Part shown: piece by piece, positions 26,871 through 40,610 of the stretch
Position numbering within the stretch: the first letter of the stretch is position 1
Layout: every line of letters starts with the position of its first letter
Assembly (NCBI RefSeq): GCF_964355755.1
Contig: NC_092677.1
Coordinates: forward strand, 5,726,101-5,790,100
Origin: Antedon mediterranea
Lineage: Eukaryota; Animalia; Echinodermata
Direction of reading: 5' to 3'
DNA: 64,000 nucleotides
Position numbers and translations under genes: made by a program
Notes under the pieces: generated by a model
The model's database searches: none
The model's input: the letters and a program-made list of their open reading frames with translations, nothing else
Told to the model about the DNA's origin: nothing

Positions 26871-28865
26871 TCCCATGGTAGAATACTACTTACATGTTAG
26901 TTTAGCCTACCTGGGCTAACCTACCTCACCTCTCACATGCCCTCCTGAAAAAACGCGACCGAAATTACTGGAACCCTACCCTAGCCTACCAGACCTAGAT
27001 AGTAGTGATCCGTAGTACCATGGAACTATAATAAATGGTAGACGTACTAGTACTGTGTAGTATATGTTAACATGTATGGCTCTACAAGGCCTTTTATGCT
27101 CATAGGATGGCTTTTTTGGGCGTCCCAATGTAGGCCTATACCTATAGCTAGGACAGATTTCCCATTCCTGCAGGCCTGTAGCCTATGCTCTAGTAGGGCG
27201 GCCGGGTGTACTCTGGTCGATTCACCCCTGGTCGACTCGTACCCATGCCAACTCGTACTTAACTTCCTACCCTAAACTCGTATCCAACCAAATAATTGGT
27301 TGATTTCCCGCTAGACTAGTAGGCCTAGCCTAGCTACAATATTCATTATGCCCTGTTAAAAAGATAGATGAGCTACTAGCTAGACTAATTCCGTAATTCG
27401 TATAATAACAACAATAATTGACTAGAAGGCCTAAAAGCGGCGGAAAACACCTATCCATTCTTGCATGGCAGTACGAAAACCTGCCTATGGTTGTACATCA
27501 TTGTAAATTGTCAACACACACTGTGCTACAGACAGTGTACCATGTGTTAAAAGTACAGCATTTATAGCAGACAGCAACGTGTATAACTTGCTATAGTTTT
27601 ACAGATAGCACCTTTGGACAGTAGCAGAATCGGGTGAATCAGACGATTGGTAAATATTCTCAACCAGGCCTATTTGGATATTTTTCTGTTTTGTGTGTTT
27701 TTAGAGAGTAAATATAAACAGAATAATGAATAGTTAAATGTTACCTTGGGTGCTGATCTATGAAGAAATATAACACCAATATATTGCCCCAATTACTAAA
27801 CGTTTTCTGGATAGATATCAAAGGTCAAAATAATTACTTTCGCATTGACTATATACACAGACATTTTTTATTAGAGTGGATATCCTTCTGAGTTGTTTGA
27901 CACAAAAAATGCTCATCTAAACCCATAGCTCACAAAGATACAAATATATAAATATAATAGTTGAAAGCTTCCGGTCATTTTCTGTAAAAATAGTTTCATT
28001 AGAGTAAATAAATATGGTTCTTCTGAATTGTTTAACACAAAAGTTACGCTTATTGGTCACCGAGATACAAAAAATATATTTAGTGAGATATGAAATAAAG
28101 AATATATGTTAACGGTCAAAACGATGACAAAACACTTTTTCATTAGAGTGAATATAAACATAGACCTTTTGAATATTTTGACACAAAAAATGCTCATCTA
28201 CGCCCATTGGTTACAAAGATATGAATATACCAATATAATAGGTCAAAGGTCAAAAGAGTAGTTTCCGGTCATTTTTTGTAAAAAGTTTTATTAGAGGGAA
28301 TATAAATAAGGGTCTTCTGAATTGATTAACACAAAAATTACGAAGTTACGACTATTGGTCACCGAGATACAAAAAATTTAATTAGTGAAATAATATAAAA
28401 TAATGAATATATGTCTAAGGTCAAAATGATGTCGTGTAGTCATAATACACAAAACGTTTCATTAGAGTGAATATAAACATAGACCTTCTGGGTATTTTGA
28501 CACCAAAAACGCTTGTTTACGCCCAGTGGTTACCGAGATATGAATATGCCAAAATAATAGGTCAAAGGTCAAAAACATGGATTCCGGTCATTTTTGATAA
28601 AAAACTTTCATTAGAGTGAATAAAAATATGGGTCTTCTGAATTGTTTGACACCAAAATTACCAAGTTCGGCCAAGCGGTTACTGAGATATACAAATATAT
28701 AATTTGACCCTCATGACCTCTTGACCCCTTAAAAAAGTATGTTTCACTTAACCGATTTTGGTAGATTTTGGACATTTTTCTTCCAGGAACATATAGAATC
28801 AAATAAAAAAGGTTCGGAAACTATTGCAATTTGTTTTGGGTCTATCGGTAGATTGACTGGACTAT
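26870..28865. mobile_element. DNA-transposon remnant with about 300-bp subterminal tandem repeats; right end abuts the B' TM exon
   Basis: Repeated blocks (cattagagtgaatataaa..gacacaaaaa..accgagata..ggtcaaaggtcaaaa) at 27870-28700. Terminus ttgactggacTA. Related sequence at 38400-38600. Confidence 0.6.
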
Positions 28866-30510
28866 AACTGCAATTACTTTTTGATCTCTCCCGATGTTTA
28901 TAATAACACGTTATGTTTATGTAAGTGGCCTTTATGTGTATGATATGACTTTCGTTGAAACTTAATAAGTTTGTAATAAATCATAGTATGGATTTTTACT
29001 GATAATTAACTGTTCTTACCGGTATTCTTTTAAGGAAAAACGAATGCAAAATATATTTTCCAAATTTAAAAGTCTTAAACAATATCAAACATTGCAATTT
29101 TCTTCAAATTCTGCTTACAAAGATTATGGAAGTTCACTCTGGAATGGCCTACCTTATGAATTAAGAAAACAAAACAATTAAAACCGTTTTAAATCACTTC
29201 TTAAGATTCATTTATTGTTGCCGGTGGTCTAGGATGGTTCCAGTAAAATATATTTAAATATGGTATAAAAGTTATAATAATAATGAGAACATGCATTGAA
29301 GTTTAGTTTTAGTTTAAGTTTTAGTTTAAGTTTAGTTTAAGTTGTTTTCAAATTTTGTTTAAATGTGCCGTAGGGCCCCTCGGAAGAGCAGTTTATTTTA
29401 TTACTGAGAGGGCTACCCTACTGAAAGAATACGAAATAAAATAAAATAAAATAAACAAAGGTGCTACGGTGGTGGCTGGTGTTACCAAGACGTCAAATAA
29501 AGCAAGATCTATAATAACAATACAAGTAAGCAATTTGCAGCAACTTAACGTTCCAATGAGTATATTCAGTTTCGGCAACTAAACAAGGCACGGAATTTCT
29601 AATAAAATGGGATCAAAAGCAATGTGAATAAAAGTGCCCAGTTATGCCAATATTTTCCCTCAAAATCTGAAAACCGATTTAATTTGCAGCATGGAGTAAT
29701 TTAACCTCAAATGGTAGCAGCATGATTGTGAAAAAAGAAGCTATCATCTGGTAATTTCAAAACTAAATAAACAATCGGACAACAAGTTTACTTACAAACA
29801 CCTTCTATTGTTTAACAGAGAGAAGTAGGAGAAATCGAACGTCAACAGCATTACTACCAAGGACTGCAAGTTTCAGCAAGCTGTGATGTCGACATCTGAT
29901 GACGAGGGATATGTCAAGCCTACGTCTAATAAAGTAGTATCCATTGCCAAAGTTTAAGTAAACATTAATACAAATCTTGCTGACGTCACTATTAAACTGT
30001 TATTTTGCATCACTAGGCCATCCAAGACATAAAACAACACCTATTCAACTAATATTATTTTTATTTATCTTGTTTAGGTTTAGGAAAAAATAGAAATAGA
30101 AATCGAATGCAAAATTCTTCAGTACCAAGGAATACAAGTATCTTCATTTGATGAAAAGGGCGACACCAGATGTGCTTCTAATGCCACAAATAATGAATGA
30201 GTACTTGTGTCTCAAAACCTAAGGTAACTAGTATGTACTGACGTACTGTAGGTAGCTAATAATAGCAACAATAACAATAATAAAATAATAATGGAAAATT
30301 GTGTTTTACGGTGGTGTAGGCCTATGCTTTTGATTGATTGCTTATTCGATAATTACAGTACTGTCACGCGGCTCCTTCTTCGGCGACATGCATGTCCCAC
30401 CTATTGATTCAATTAAAATATACTTAATGATGATTATATCTAATATTGATATTTGTACAGGAAAGACCGATGTCAAAATCCAGTACCAAGGTCTGCAAGT
30501 TTTAGTATAG
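28864..30510 (+). pseudogene. Truncated paralog B' of receptor B (mid-TM to tail only)
   Basis: Aligns to 5744-7030. TGC has become TGA in the TM exon, the ITAM exon is split by an insertion, and the YQGL exons at 29818, 30083 and 30461 carry stops or indels. Confidence 0.88.
29123..29453 (+). mobile_element. Retroposon 3'-end fragment inserted in the B' ITAM exon
   Basis: Absent from B. Ends in a GC-rich block plus an (AAAAT)n tail. Lies between TACAAAGA and AACAAAGGT. Confidence 0.65.
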
Positions 30511-31862
30511 TAGTGATATCTATCACATACTACAAAATTAACAAATAAAAATAGAAGTACTGTAGACGGAAAGAAAGAATAATTTTACAGTAGGTCCACA
30601 GCTTACATAAAGTTCTATATTAATACTCCAATGGCCGACGAACTGTTAATATAAACATATAACAAGTAATTAATGTGAAACCGTAACACAAACACAGCAA
30701 TCTGTTGGTTGAATGACCTGAAAAAAATGTTTTAAAAGAAATAATATTTTGGTAACCTCTATAATCCATGTATAAAATAAGTATTTCTTATTCTGATTCT
30801 GTAATCATTTAAAATAAGATAAATTTGACAAAAAGAAATGAATCTGAATGAATCATTTATGTGTAATTTAAATTTAACAACAATCTTAATTACTGTAAGA
30901 TACAGTGTGTTCGTAAAATTACTCTAGAGAATAAGTTGTAGGATTTTTCAAATGTAGTTTAAAACATTCTCAGATAATTCTGGTTATTTTGATACTCCAT
31001 TAGGCATTAGTCATAACCACTTTCTTGTGATTTACATAGTTTAATACTTTCATAGTACAATTCTGGTTAATTTGTTAATAAAATTCCCCTAGAATGATTT
31101 TGCATCAACGCAAACTTAAACTTAGAAGAAATCAAATGTCTATCCTATTTGCTAATAAATGCCTTTTTGTTAAACAGTCTTACTGTTTATAATAACACAA
31201 CATATAATATAAACATTTATAAGTGTTTCAATATATAACATAACAATGTCATTGAACAACAATATAACGATCACAAGATATACTATAATATAGTCACTTC
31301 TTGACTATAATTATTAGGCCTAATTAGTATTAGTGCTTCATTAATGAGCTAGCTTAATAACGGGATTCATAAAACAAAATTCATACTAATAACACAGAGC
31401 TGTATATTAATAGATTAATAATTTCACTGTTAACCACACATATACCTTAATAGAGCAGCAGATTAAGAGATTTATCAAACGGTACTTTCATTATCGTGGT
31501 TATTTTTTTTAATTATTTGAAAAACAATGTTATGTATAGAATATTTAATATGTTATAGTTATCTATACATTTTAAAATTGTAAGCAATCTTTAAGTTTTG
31601 TATATACACGGTACGGTAGTCTTGTGATTTTTAATGGTTTGTATTTTATATTTTGAATTTCATTTCTGAGACGGAGTAACCGACTTGAGTCTTTTTTTTA
31701 AAACTGTGGTGATTTTTAGAAATCTCAGACTTTGTATTATTTTTACTTTTTGAATAAAATAAACGAAGTCTAACTAAAGTGATAGAATCGTGTTTCTAAG
31801 AATATTTTTTAAAATGGAAACGTAACTATCAACTGAAGATAATTTGCAATCAAACAGTTCGT

Positions 31863-34800
31863 TTAGAAAATATGGTCACCCATCTCTAGTTTTTGTTTCA
31901 ACTGAATGTCTTTTTTTTCTTGCATAATCTCTTTGACAGAAATCAACTGCATTCCAATGCTATTCCCCTTTGTTTCTGAACAATATCCATAAACACACAC
32001 TATTCCATTTGCTTCTTCTTTCCCTTCTTTTACACTGTAGTAAGCTAGGTCAGATTCTTCTGCATTCAGTTTTTCAAGAGTACATGACTCATACCAGGAT
32101 TTACTACCATCTTCACTTAAGTGAAGTGTAAGATCCTTATCTGGTTCAGTTCTACGACTTGCTATTGCTATTTGATAGTGGAATCGATCTTTCATTGTTG
32201 GTAGGCGTGCAACACCACCCTAGATAATGATATAATTTAGGTAATAATAATAAACAATTAAAGTTTTATACACTTTAAAGGCAATTTAGCATCCAAAAAA
32301 TGGTAAAAATAAAATAAATTGATTCCGTAAGATCACCGTAGGTTAAAAATGATATGCTGCTTGTTTTAATTAAATAATTATCAACCTTCACAATTGTTCT
32401 TATTCAAACAGTCTTAAAGGTTGAGAACCTGTATTGTTGCAACAGTTTATGGACATGAAATTAAAAAAAAACACGTTACATATGACATTTTCATGAAAAG
32501 TAATGGAAAATAACTATAATAATGATTGGAAAATAACTATAATAATGAGTAGAATATAAAATGATACAATTATTTAAATAAATTAAATATTAAATATGCA
32601 TAATGTAAATGTAAATTTTTAATTTTTATGAGTTTATAACAACTAAATGTGGCAAAAATCAGTGGAACGGTTCTTTTTACACCGAATTGTCATACCATTA
32701 TATTTTTTATTTACTTATAGAGTATTGAATTAAATAAGATAAAAAAAATGGTTATTTTCTTCATTAGCTTCTTTGACAATGGACTTTACGAAACACGACG
32801 GGAAGCCACAGGACGGTGCTCATAAATAAGTTTTGCATGAGCTTTTGAAGACGATAAAGTTGCCATTTTCCTGTTTACGGAGAACGACTAGAAATAATAT
32901 ACATATAACCTTAAATACAGTTCAAATTACACTTAAACGTGAACATTTCAGAACTCTAATTATATTTGAACTTATAATTTGATTGTTAAACGACATTTGT
33001 AATAAAATTCTGCGCGGCGTTTGAATGCGAGGCTCCTAGGCTTGGAAGGCTAGGCCTATGCTGTATCACCAGAGCCAAGCGATTCAGAAGGGCCCCACGT
33101 CGCGAGACAGGGGAGGGGAGAGAGAGATACTGTCGGTCATCGTCGTCCTTGCGCAAGGATTCGTAACTAATAAAACGGCTATGTTGACTGTAGCGAACAC
33201 GGGTTATTCGTCGTCCTCCCCTTACCGTTGTGTTTTGTAAAGTTCCTATTACCTGGAGGTCGAATACATTACTAAAATAGAAAATGTTGGTACTAAGGCA
33301 CCAGGTAGGCCTATCTATATAATAAATCCTATTCCTAACACAAAGTAGTTACAAGTAGGTCTATGGTTATTATTATGGTAAAAATGTATTTGTAACAAGA
33401 TATTTTATGGCACCTGACATTCCATGTTTGCCTCTAACGATGCAAGCCGAATTGTCAAACTTTCACTATCAAATCCATCACCGTAAACTTTGAAAAAAAG
33501 TATACTGTTCTCCAATGAACAGATGATGCAAACTCGATTCGTTGCATATTCAACAACCTTATTAAACAAATAACACAGAAACTTTAAAACAATACATGGG
33601 ATCGGAATGCGTGTAAACAAAAACGTGCTATTTATTCAATAATAATTTAATTTGAAATGAAACTGTTTAAATCTAACCTGTAAGTGCTTTCCTAAGGTAG
33701 CATTTGAAGGTTTAAAAAGAGGTATCATTTTCCAGGTGTGACCACCATCAGTACTTGTTATTACCAATATTTTATCTGTCAAAAAAAATATACCACTAAA
33801 TACAGTAAAACATTTTCGATTTAATATTTTACTTTAATACTGTCACTGTCATAGTTGATTGAAATAGTAAAGTACATGTAACGATACACCACTAAGACGT
33901 TTATATTTTTTAAAATTATACGTTGAGAAGCAACTGTCAGTAATAAAGTTTATTCTAATATAGGTTTATATATCTAACAGTACCCACACTTACAGTAAGA
34001 AATTTGCGATTCAAATGTCGACCAGAATTGGTTAATACTGTACGTATTTACAGTATTGTCAAAGTATTGCAATACTATATCTAAAGGTTTTAAGTTTATC
34101 CCCCAAGGGCCCATAAATTGTTTTATACCAAATAATTATACTGGGAGTCCATTCATCGTAAATCAATACATTTGTATAAACGTATATTAAATCTACCAAA
34201 ACAGTATTTTTTTAAAAAGAAAAATCGGCCCGTCTTTAACATTATGATGCTGTACTCGAGCTGTTCAACCGGTTTTCAGCTAATAAAAACAATTATCGTA
34301 GAAGGAGAAAGGTAAATTCGAAGCATCCTCGTATTATGTGCGGGTATTTTTAAAAAAGGACATCCATTAGTCAGTGTATACCACAATCGGAAAACACCCC
34401 TATTTGCGGAAAATCGTTGAACTTAAATTCGTTTTAATTGTCAATAACTAATTATCTAACTCATAATAAATAGGGTTACTTCAGCTGGTAAAAATCAGTA
34501 CCGAAAGTACGAACCAACTTTATACCATCGAGTGACATTCTAGAAGTAACGCACGATTTACCGAATTTTGCCCATGCGTAAATTTATATTATATATTAGT
34601 AGCAGCAGATATATATTTTTTTTTGTGAAAGAAGTATTGGTTTTTGTTTGTTTTCATAAATAAAATATACTTTCAATTTGTGGCCTGATTAAAATAAAGT
34701 TTTTAAACGGACAGTCTAATTTATTTTTAATTATTATACACATTCTAAGACAAATGATAATCATTTTCACAAGTTGCATTGGAAAACATGTTATAGATTT

Positions 34801-37800
34801 TGCCTTTCAATTCATGTTCATCTTCCCTCTTTGTTTTCGAGATCTTAAATTATTTATCTTGAATTATTTATTCATTTTTAAATTAAAAATGTTGTATATT
34901 CATATAAAGTTAGAGGAAATTTAAATCCTCGATAAGAGTTTGCCTTTCAATAACATTTAGACGTAATCTAATCTTCGAGTCTACATGCTGTGACATTCAA
35001 ACATAATTATTCTATTTAGCATTTTATTTTAAAGTGGCTAATATCTATACTACTGTTTTTTTTGTGTCTTGTGTGAGTTCATCTCACGTTTATTTAAATT
35101 CTCATTGGTGATATATTATATATACATATAAGTACATTTGTGACAATTAAAAGTAAGTGTTTAGAGTAGTTTAAAATCTATACTAATTGTTAAAGAAATC
35201 AACAACTAATAATATATGTATACTAGACCTACGCGGTCGTATGTGCCAAAGTGCCCGAATGATATGTAGGTAGGTATGTATAGGCCTAATGTTTGAGAAC
35301 CTCTATTAATTTACGAGTTACTTTCTTACGGTCATCAGTTTTCAGTTTCACAATTCCCGCAATAACCACTTTTCCTGAATCTAAACATACACCATTACCA
35401 AGGCCTGAAACAAGTTCATTTAAAAAAGGTAATTTCATTAATAAACAATAGCAATAATAAAACAATAATTAGTTATCACCTTTTCATAATTACAAACCAA
35501 ATTTACGTTTTAGAATTTCTACTTGAAAGCGTGCCAAATCAAGTTGTACTTCAAATGGTCCTTTCCAATTCACTCCATTATCATCGGTTTTCATCCTTAT
35601 TATCTTCCACTCTTTGGTTTCAATATTTTGTCTAACACATATTAGAATCATCTTTCCCTTCGTCTTATCTGTCACAATTGGTACTAGGTTCTTAAAGCTG
35701 TAAATTAAATAAAGTCAAACAAATATGTTTCATTTAAATGTGAAGAACCATCAATAAAATTCCAAAATCTAAAGGTTGCGGTTTTCCTTCAATCAATACC
35801 AAATTTAAGGTATTGTGACACTTTTGACGGTTTTTTTCTTTCAATTGCAGAAATACTGTAGGCAAGTAAAATAAAACATGCGAAATACATTTCTATTACT
35901 TCAATAATTAACTCCCAATTAAATCTCTTAACAAAAGTAACTTATTTACTGCCTATAATTATATATCCCTAATAATTACTTTGTATCGTTTTCCTGTAAA
36001 ATCACCCGTGTTTTTTCCCATACAATCAAACAATTTCCGTTCATCTTTCCTCTTCTCATTATTACATCTGAGTTGTTTTTCTCACAAAAGACGATAAAAT
36101 GAGAATTTATGAAGACTACTGCCGAGTGTCTAAAAACAAGAGAAAAATTATTGGCCTATATTAATGATACAACAAAATAAGATAAAAAGAAAGTTGAAAA
36201 ATAGTTTCAAAAGTGTATATAACCAGACAAACCTATAAACCACTAAACAAAAAAATACACCTATACACCCATACACCTATAAAAGTGACAACAAAATGCA
36301 TGGATCAAATCTTAATACTTAATAAAAGAATCTATAATTTTGTTCAGTACTTGTGTCAAAAAAAATGTGAAATAGTAAATTTTTAAGCTACACGACAAAT
36401 CCTAAAAGCTACGAAAAATTATAAAAGCTACAACAAATTATAAAAGCTACGACAAATGTTTATAGTTTTGCTGTGATGCTTGAACGTGTTATTGGCACTA
36501 ATTACAGGCTACTATATTTAATCGATTGTGCAGTTTTGAAGGATTTATTATTTTATATTATATATTATTAAAACATATTTAGGCAGGATAACAAAATTCA
36601 GAAAAGAAAAGATCACAAAATTTCAACTACAACAACATTAAACAAATACATGAAATAAAAACAAAACAAAAACAATCTGGGACTATAGAACATTAGTGAT
36701 AAAACGTGTGGAAATACAATTATTTTTTTAATAAATGCTTTTTATAATTAATTTTAGAACTATTCACAGACACACTATCTATTTTACAGGGATCTTATTC
36801 CTAGTAATTTGGCATAGGTGGTATAACATTCAGAGAAAGGGAATATCCCGTAGAGTATCCATGTTGGTCGTAGACCATTTCAATATCGTTGTACAGACGT
36901 GGAGGTGCAATACCATGTGTACATAATACAAGCTACAGCGTAGCACTACGTTCATCTACCTTTACCTTTACCTTTATAATATCAATCCCACGATAGTTCT
37001 TGAAGTCAAACTTATTTTTTACAACTCGAGCGGCACGTTTTTGTAACCTTAAAAGAATATTTCTATTTTTTTGAAACGTAGTTCCCCACACAGAGATAGC
37101 ATAGTCCATACAGAGCTGGATTACACTGATATATAGCATATTTAAAAGAGATTCACTAAGCGTTACAGACAAATTATTTAGGATGTTGATTTTGTATCAT
37201 ATAGTTTTATTTAATTGCCGGATATGAGCATTCTAATTTAGATTCTCATCAATTTGAAGTCCAAAATAACGGATATTCTTCACGACATCAAAGGTTTCAC
37301 TACCAACATGAATATGAATATTCAGAGAGAACTGAGGGTGAACATTACGATTCATAATTAACATAAATTTAGTTTTACCAGAATTTACTCGTAATTTATT
37401 ATGATTATACCAATTTCCAACATCTATATATAAATTTACGTAAGGGCAAAATTCGGTAAATCGCGCGTTATTTCTAGAATGTTTACTCGATGGTATATAA
37501 AGTTGGTTCGTACTTTTGGTACTGATTTTAACCGCCTGATGTAACCCTGTTTACTAATTAAATTGAGTTCGATAATTAGTTATTGACGATTAAAACGAAT
37601 TTAGGTTCAACGATTTGCCCCAAATAGGGGTGTTTTTCGATCGTGGTATACACTGTCTAATGGATGTCCGTCTTGAAAAATACCCGCAGACGATAATACG
37701 AGGATGCTTCGCATTTTCCTATCTCCTCCTACGATAATTGTTTTTAATGGCTGAAAACCGGTTGAACAGCTCGAGTACAGCATCATAATGTTGAAGACAG

Positions 37801-39649
37801 GCCGATTTTCTTTAAAAAATACTATTTTGATAGATTTAATATACGTGCAATGCCAACTCCATCTATTCCACCAGCAACTGACTACTCCTGGCAACTAGAA
37901 GATGGTCAGTTGAAGCCGGTATTTTGCAACAATCCACCAGCACCAAAGCTCTTCTAGAAATTCGTCGATGTACCTGCAATGGTTCATGTTCAACAAATCG
38001 CTGTAGTTGTAAGAAAAACAACTTGCTCTGTACTGATGCATGTGAGTGCGGTGATGGATGTGAGAATACAAAGGACTCGAATGTAGAGCTAGTAGACGAT
38101 ATCGATGAACTTTATTGACTGGAGAGGGTAATCTGACTATATTCAATTTTTATGGTATGTATTTATTTATTATAACAGTTCCATTGGTGATTTGAAATAT
38201 TGATTTTGGAACAAGGAATATCATCAACACAACCACAAGTACCGGTACAAGTTATAAACAATACTAGACAAATCTATAGTCTCTCAGTTGTGGATATTAC
38301 ATGCATTAGGGCAAGAGGTCAGATATGGCATTTATGTTTGCTTTAAAACAAAACATTTAATTACAGTAAATATAAAAAGGCATACTGCAAACAATTTGAA
38401 ACAAATTTCAAGTCTGTGTGACCATTAGTTACCGAGATATGATGATAGAAGGTCAAAGGTCAAATGGTCAGAAATGGCATTTTCAGTCATTTCTGGTCAA
38501 AATATTCCATTAGAGTAAATAGAAATATGTACCTTACAAACATTTTAAGATTAAAACCAAGTCTCTACGATTAGTGGTTGCCAAGATATAAGTACTTGAT
38601 AGCATAAGCGGCCATTTTGAAAAAGCGCCCCCAGCGAATGAAAAACGCGTTTAGAATTTGGACAACAAGTTGGAAGTTGTTCGTTGTGATGTCCTTGATC
38701 ACTTAAAAGTGAAAAATCAAACTTGGCTAAATATATGAAGTAAAATACAAATGCTGCCTGACTAGTACGTACATTTGAAATCGCCAGTTTTTTAACGCTG
38801 AAATTATTTATGTATTCGAGAACCATCTGTGGGCACGACCTAGATGGTACGCGAGCGAAGCGAGCGTACCATCTAGTTATTCATAATTGTTTGCAGTTTG
38901 ACGTTGATATTTTCCACTGCATTTCCAGTAGTGTAGATGACAAAATTATCTGCAAAAATACTACATGATCCTGGGTATACATATTGAGGAAGGTCATTTA
39001 TTAATAGTAGAAATAGAATTGGTCCAAAGACACTACCTTGTGGTATGCCAACTTTGACTTTTGCTTTTTTAGATAATTTATAATGACATTTAACTTTTTG
39101 TTTACGCTGGGAAAGATAACTTTTGAACCATTTAATTTCATTACCTTTTAGCCCATAATTCTCCAATTTAGTAAGTAGAATTGTGTGATCAATGGAGTCA
39201 AAGCATTGAGATATATCGAGAAAACAGGCTCCAATCAATTCACGGTCATTTACATTTTCCATCCATAACACGATGGAGGCAAGTAACAATGGAGTGGTTC
39301 TTTCTGAACACATATTGATCCACGCTTATGAAATCATTTTCATTTAAATAATTAACTAACTGGTTTTGTATTAATCTTTCAACAATTCTTGAAATATGGC
39401 ATACCACAGATATCGGTCTATAGTTACTCGTAGTTTGCTTACATCCCTTTCCTTTATATATAGGTGTTGTTTTAGCCAGTTTCCAGTCATCTGGCACAGT
39501 ACCTGAATCAATAGATAAGTCTATTAACGAGGAAAGGGATTTTGCACTAATTGAATTTTGTAAGGGAATTGGGAAATACATGAATTAAACTGGTAATTAC
39601 AAAATTTACCTGTATGTGTTACTATCATCAATTAAAGGGAACACCTCAT
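31863..39649 (-). CDS. Sialidase-like (GH33/NEU) domain of copy C, predicted catalytically inactive
   Basis: Open, phase-compatible exons 39649-39610 (YEVFPLIDDSNTYR), 36129-35980, 35697-35507 (TDDNGVNW), 35404-35330 (LGNGVCLDSGKVVI), 33775-33678 (STDGGHTW), 33557-33414, 32219-31863. Intron positions match copy E. Confidence 0.8.
33787..34590 (-). mobile_element. Helitron-like H1 copy, 3'-truncated
   Basis: Reverse complement of the H1 5' region (compare 37430-37830 and 1-540). Confidence 0.75.
36600..39581 (-). mobile_element. CR1/L2-type LINE RT fragment, degenerate, interrupted by a Helitron
   Basis: Motifs PDDWKLAK.TPIYK, NYRPIS, FLDISQCFDSIDH, GIPQGSVFGP, FADN, DYAISVWG, LQKRAAR. Confidence 0.88.
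37423..38876 (+). mobile_element. Helitron-like H1 copy with both termini, carrying a foreign internal segment
   Basis: 5' TC..., 3' hairpin ...CTAG, inserted between A and T with no TSD. Removing it restores the LINE frame (TIMN-NVGNWY). 37850-38766 is non-H1 sequence with a Cys-rich CXC-like ORF remnant. Confidence 0.85.
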
Positions 39650-39779
39650 CTAAAAAAAAAACGGTTTGATAACAATGTAATGTACCATAACATAAATAAA
39701 GGATACTGTGAGTGAAAATAAATATATAAAAAATAGCTTTGTTTTAAAATTTACACTGTATACACGATTTAATAAAAAT

Positions 39780-39829
39780 GATGATAATAATAATACGACG
39801 ACGACAATAACAATAACAATAATAAACAC

Positions 39830-39870
<41 letters not shown>

Positions 39871-39871
39871 T
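39780..39871. repeat. (AAT/AAC/GAC)n microsatellite
   Basis: Directly visible trinucleotide run. Confidence 0.95.
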
Positions 39872-40085
39872 TGTGGACGTATCGTGCAAACAAACAAAAG
39901 TTGAACGTAAACATTAAGTATACCTTAGATGCATTTTACCTAGTATTAATAACAACACAAAGTGTTACTAGAGAGGACACTATTACAAATTGAAAAAAAA
40001 ACGCAAAAACGATACTATATTTTATAATATAATTTAAGTATAAAAAAAAAAAAAAAAAAAAAAAAAATAATTTAAGTATTATAAA

Positions 40086-40410
40086 TTAGTATTTTTTATA
40101 CAGAATACAGAAATGTATTGGTACAGGATTTTGCATAACATTTGTCAAGAATGTTGTTTTGTCTGGTAGGCTTGTCAACAAACTGATATTGAAACATGAG
40201 TTTAGGTCTCCGATAATAAAAACAGGTGCATCTGGGGATTCATTTTCGATTTCACGTACCCTCATCGAAATCCCCTTTGCAGAATCCTTGTTGTTTGCTT
40301 TGTCATGAACGTATGTCACTATAACATATATCTTATTAAATTATCGGGGAAGATAAAACGGTCTTAGACCGATTGTAATTAGCTCCATATCCTTATGGAG
40401 ACAAAAGGAA
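40086..40410 (-). mobile_element. Rex1-like LINE endonuclease fragment
   Basis: ELITIGLRPFYLPR..PDAPVFIIGDLN, similar to 9988-10848. Confidence 0.7.
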
Positions 40411-40610
40411 TTAAAAGAAATACTTACATCGAAAACGTAAGTGCCCTGATGGCTTATGTTTCATATCTAAAAGTAATGAATATATCCTTTTAAATTACAG
40501 ATTAATTAATAGAAAAGAATAACTTTTAAAACAATAATGCATTTTTTCTTTTCATTTTAACATTCTTTTAAATGTAAAATTGCAAAATTTCACTAGCCTA
40601 GTATACTTAC

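Noticed and set aside
37924-38118. Host tesmin/CXC gene
   Set aside because: A frameshifted fragment inside a Helitron with no exon structure; more likely transposon-derived.
39650-39917. Poly-Leu and poly-Asn ORFs
   Set aside because: Translations of an (AAT)n microsatellite.
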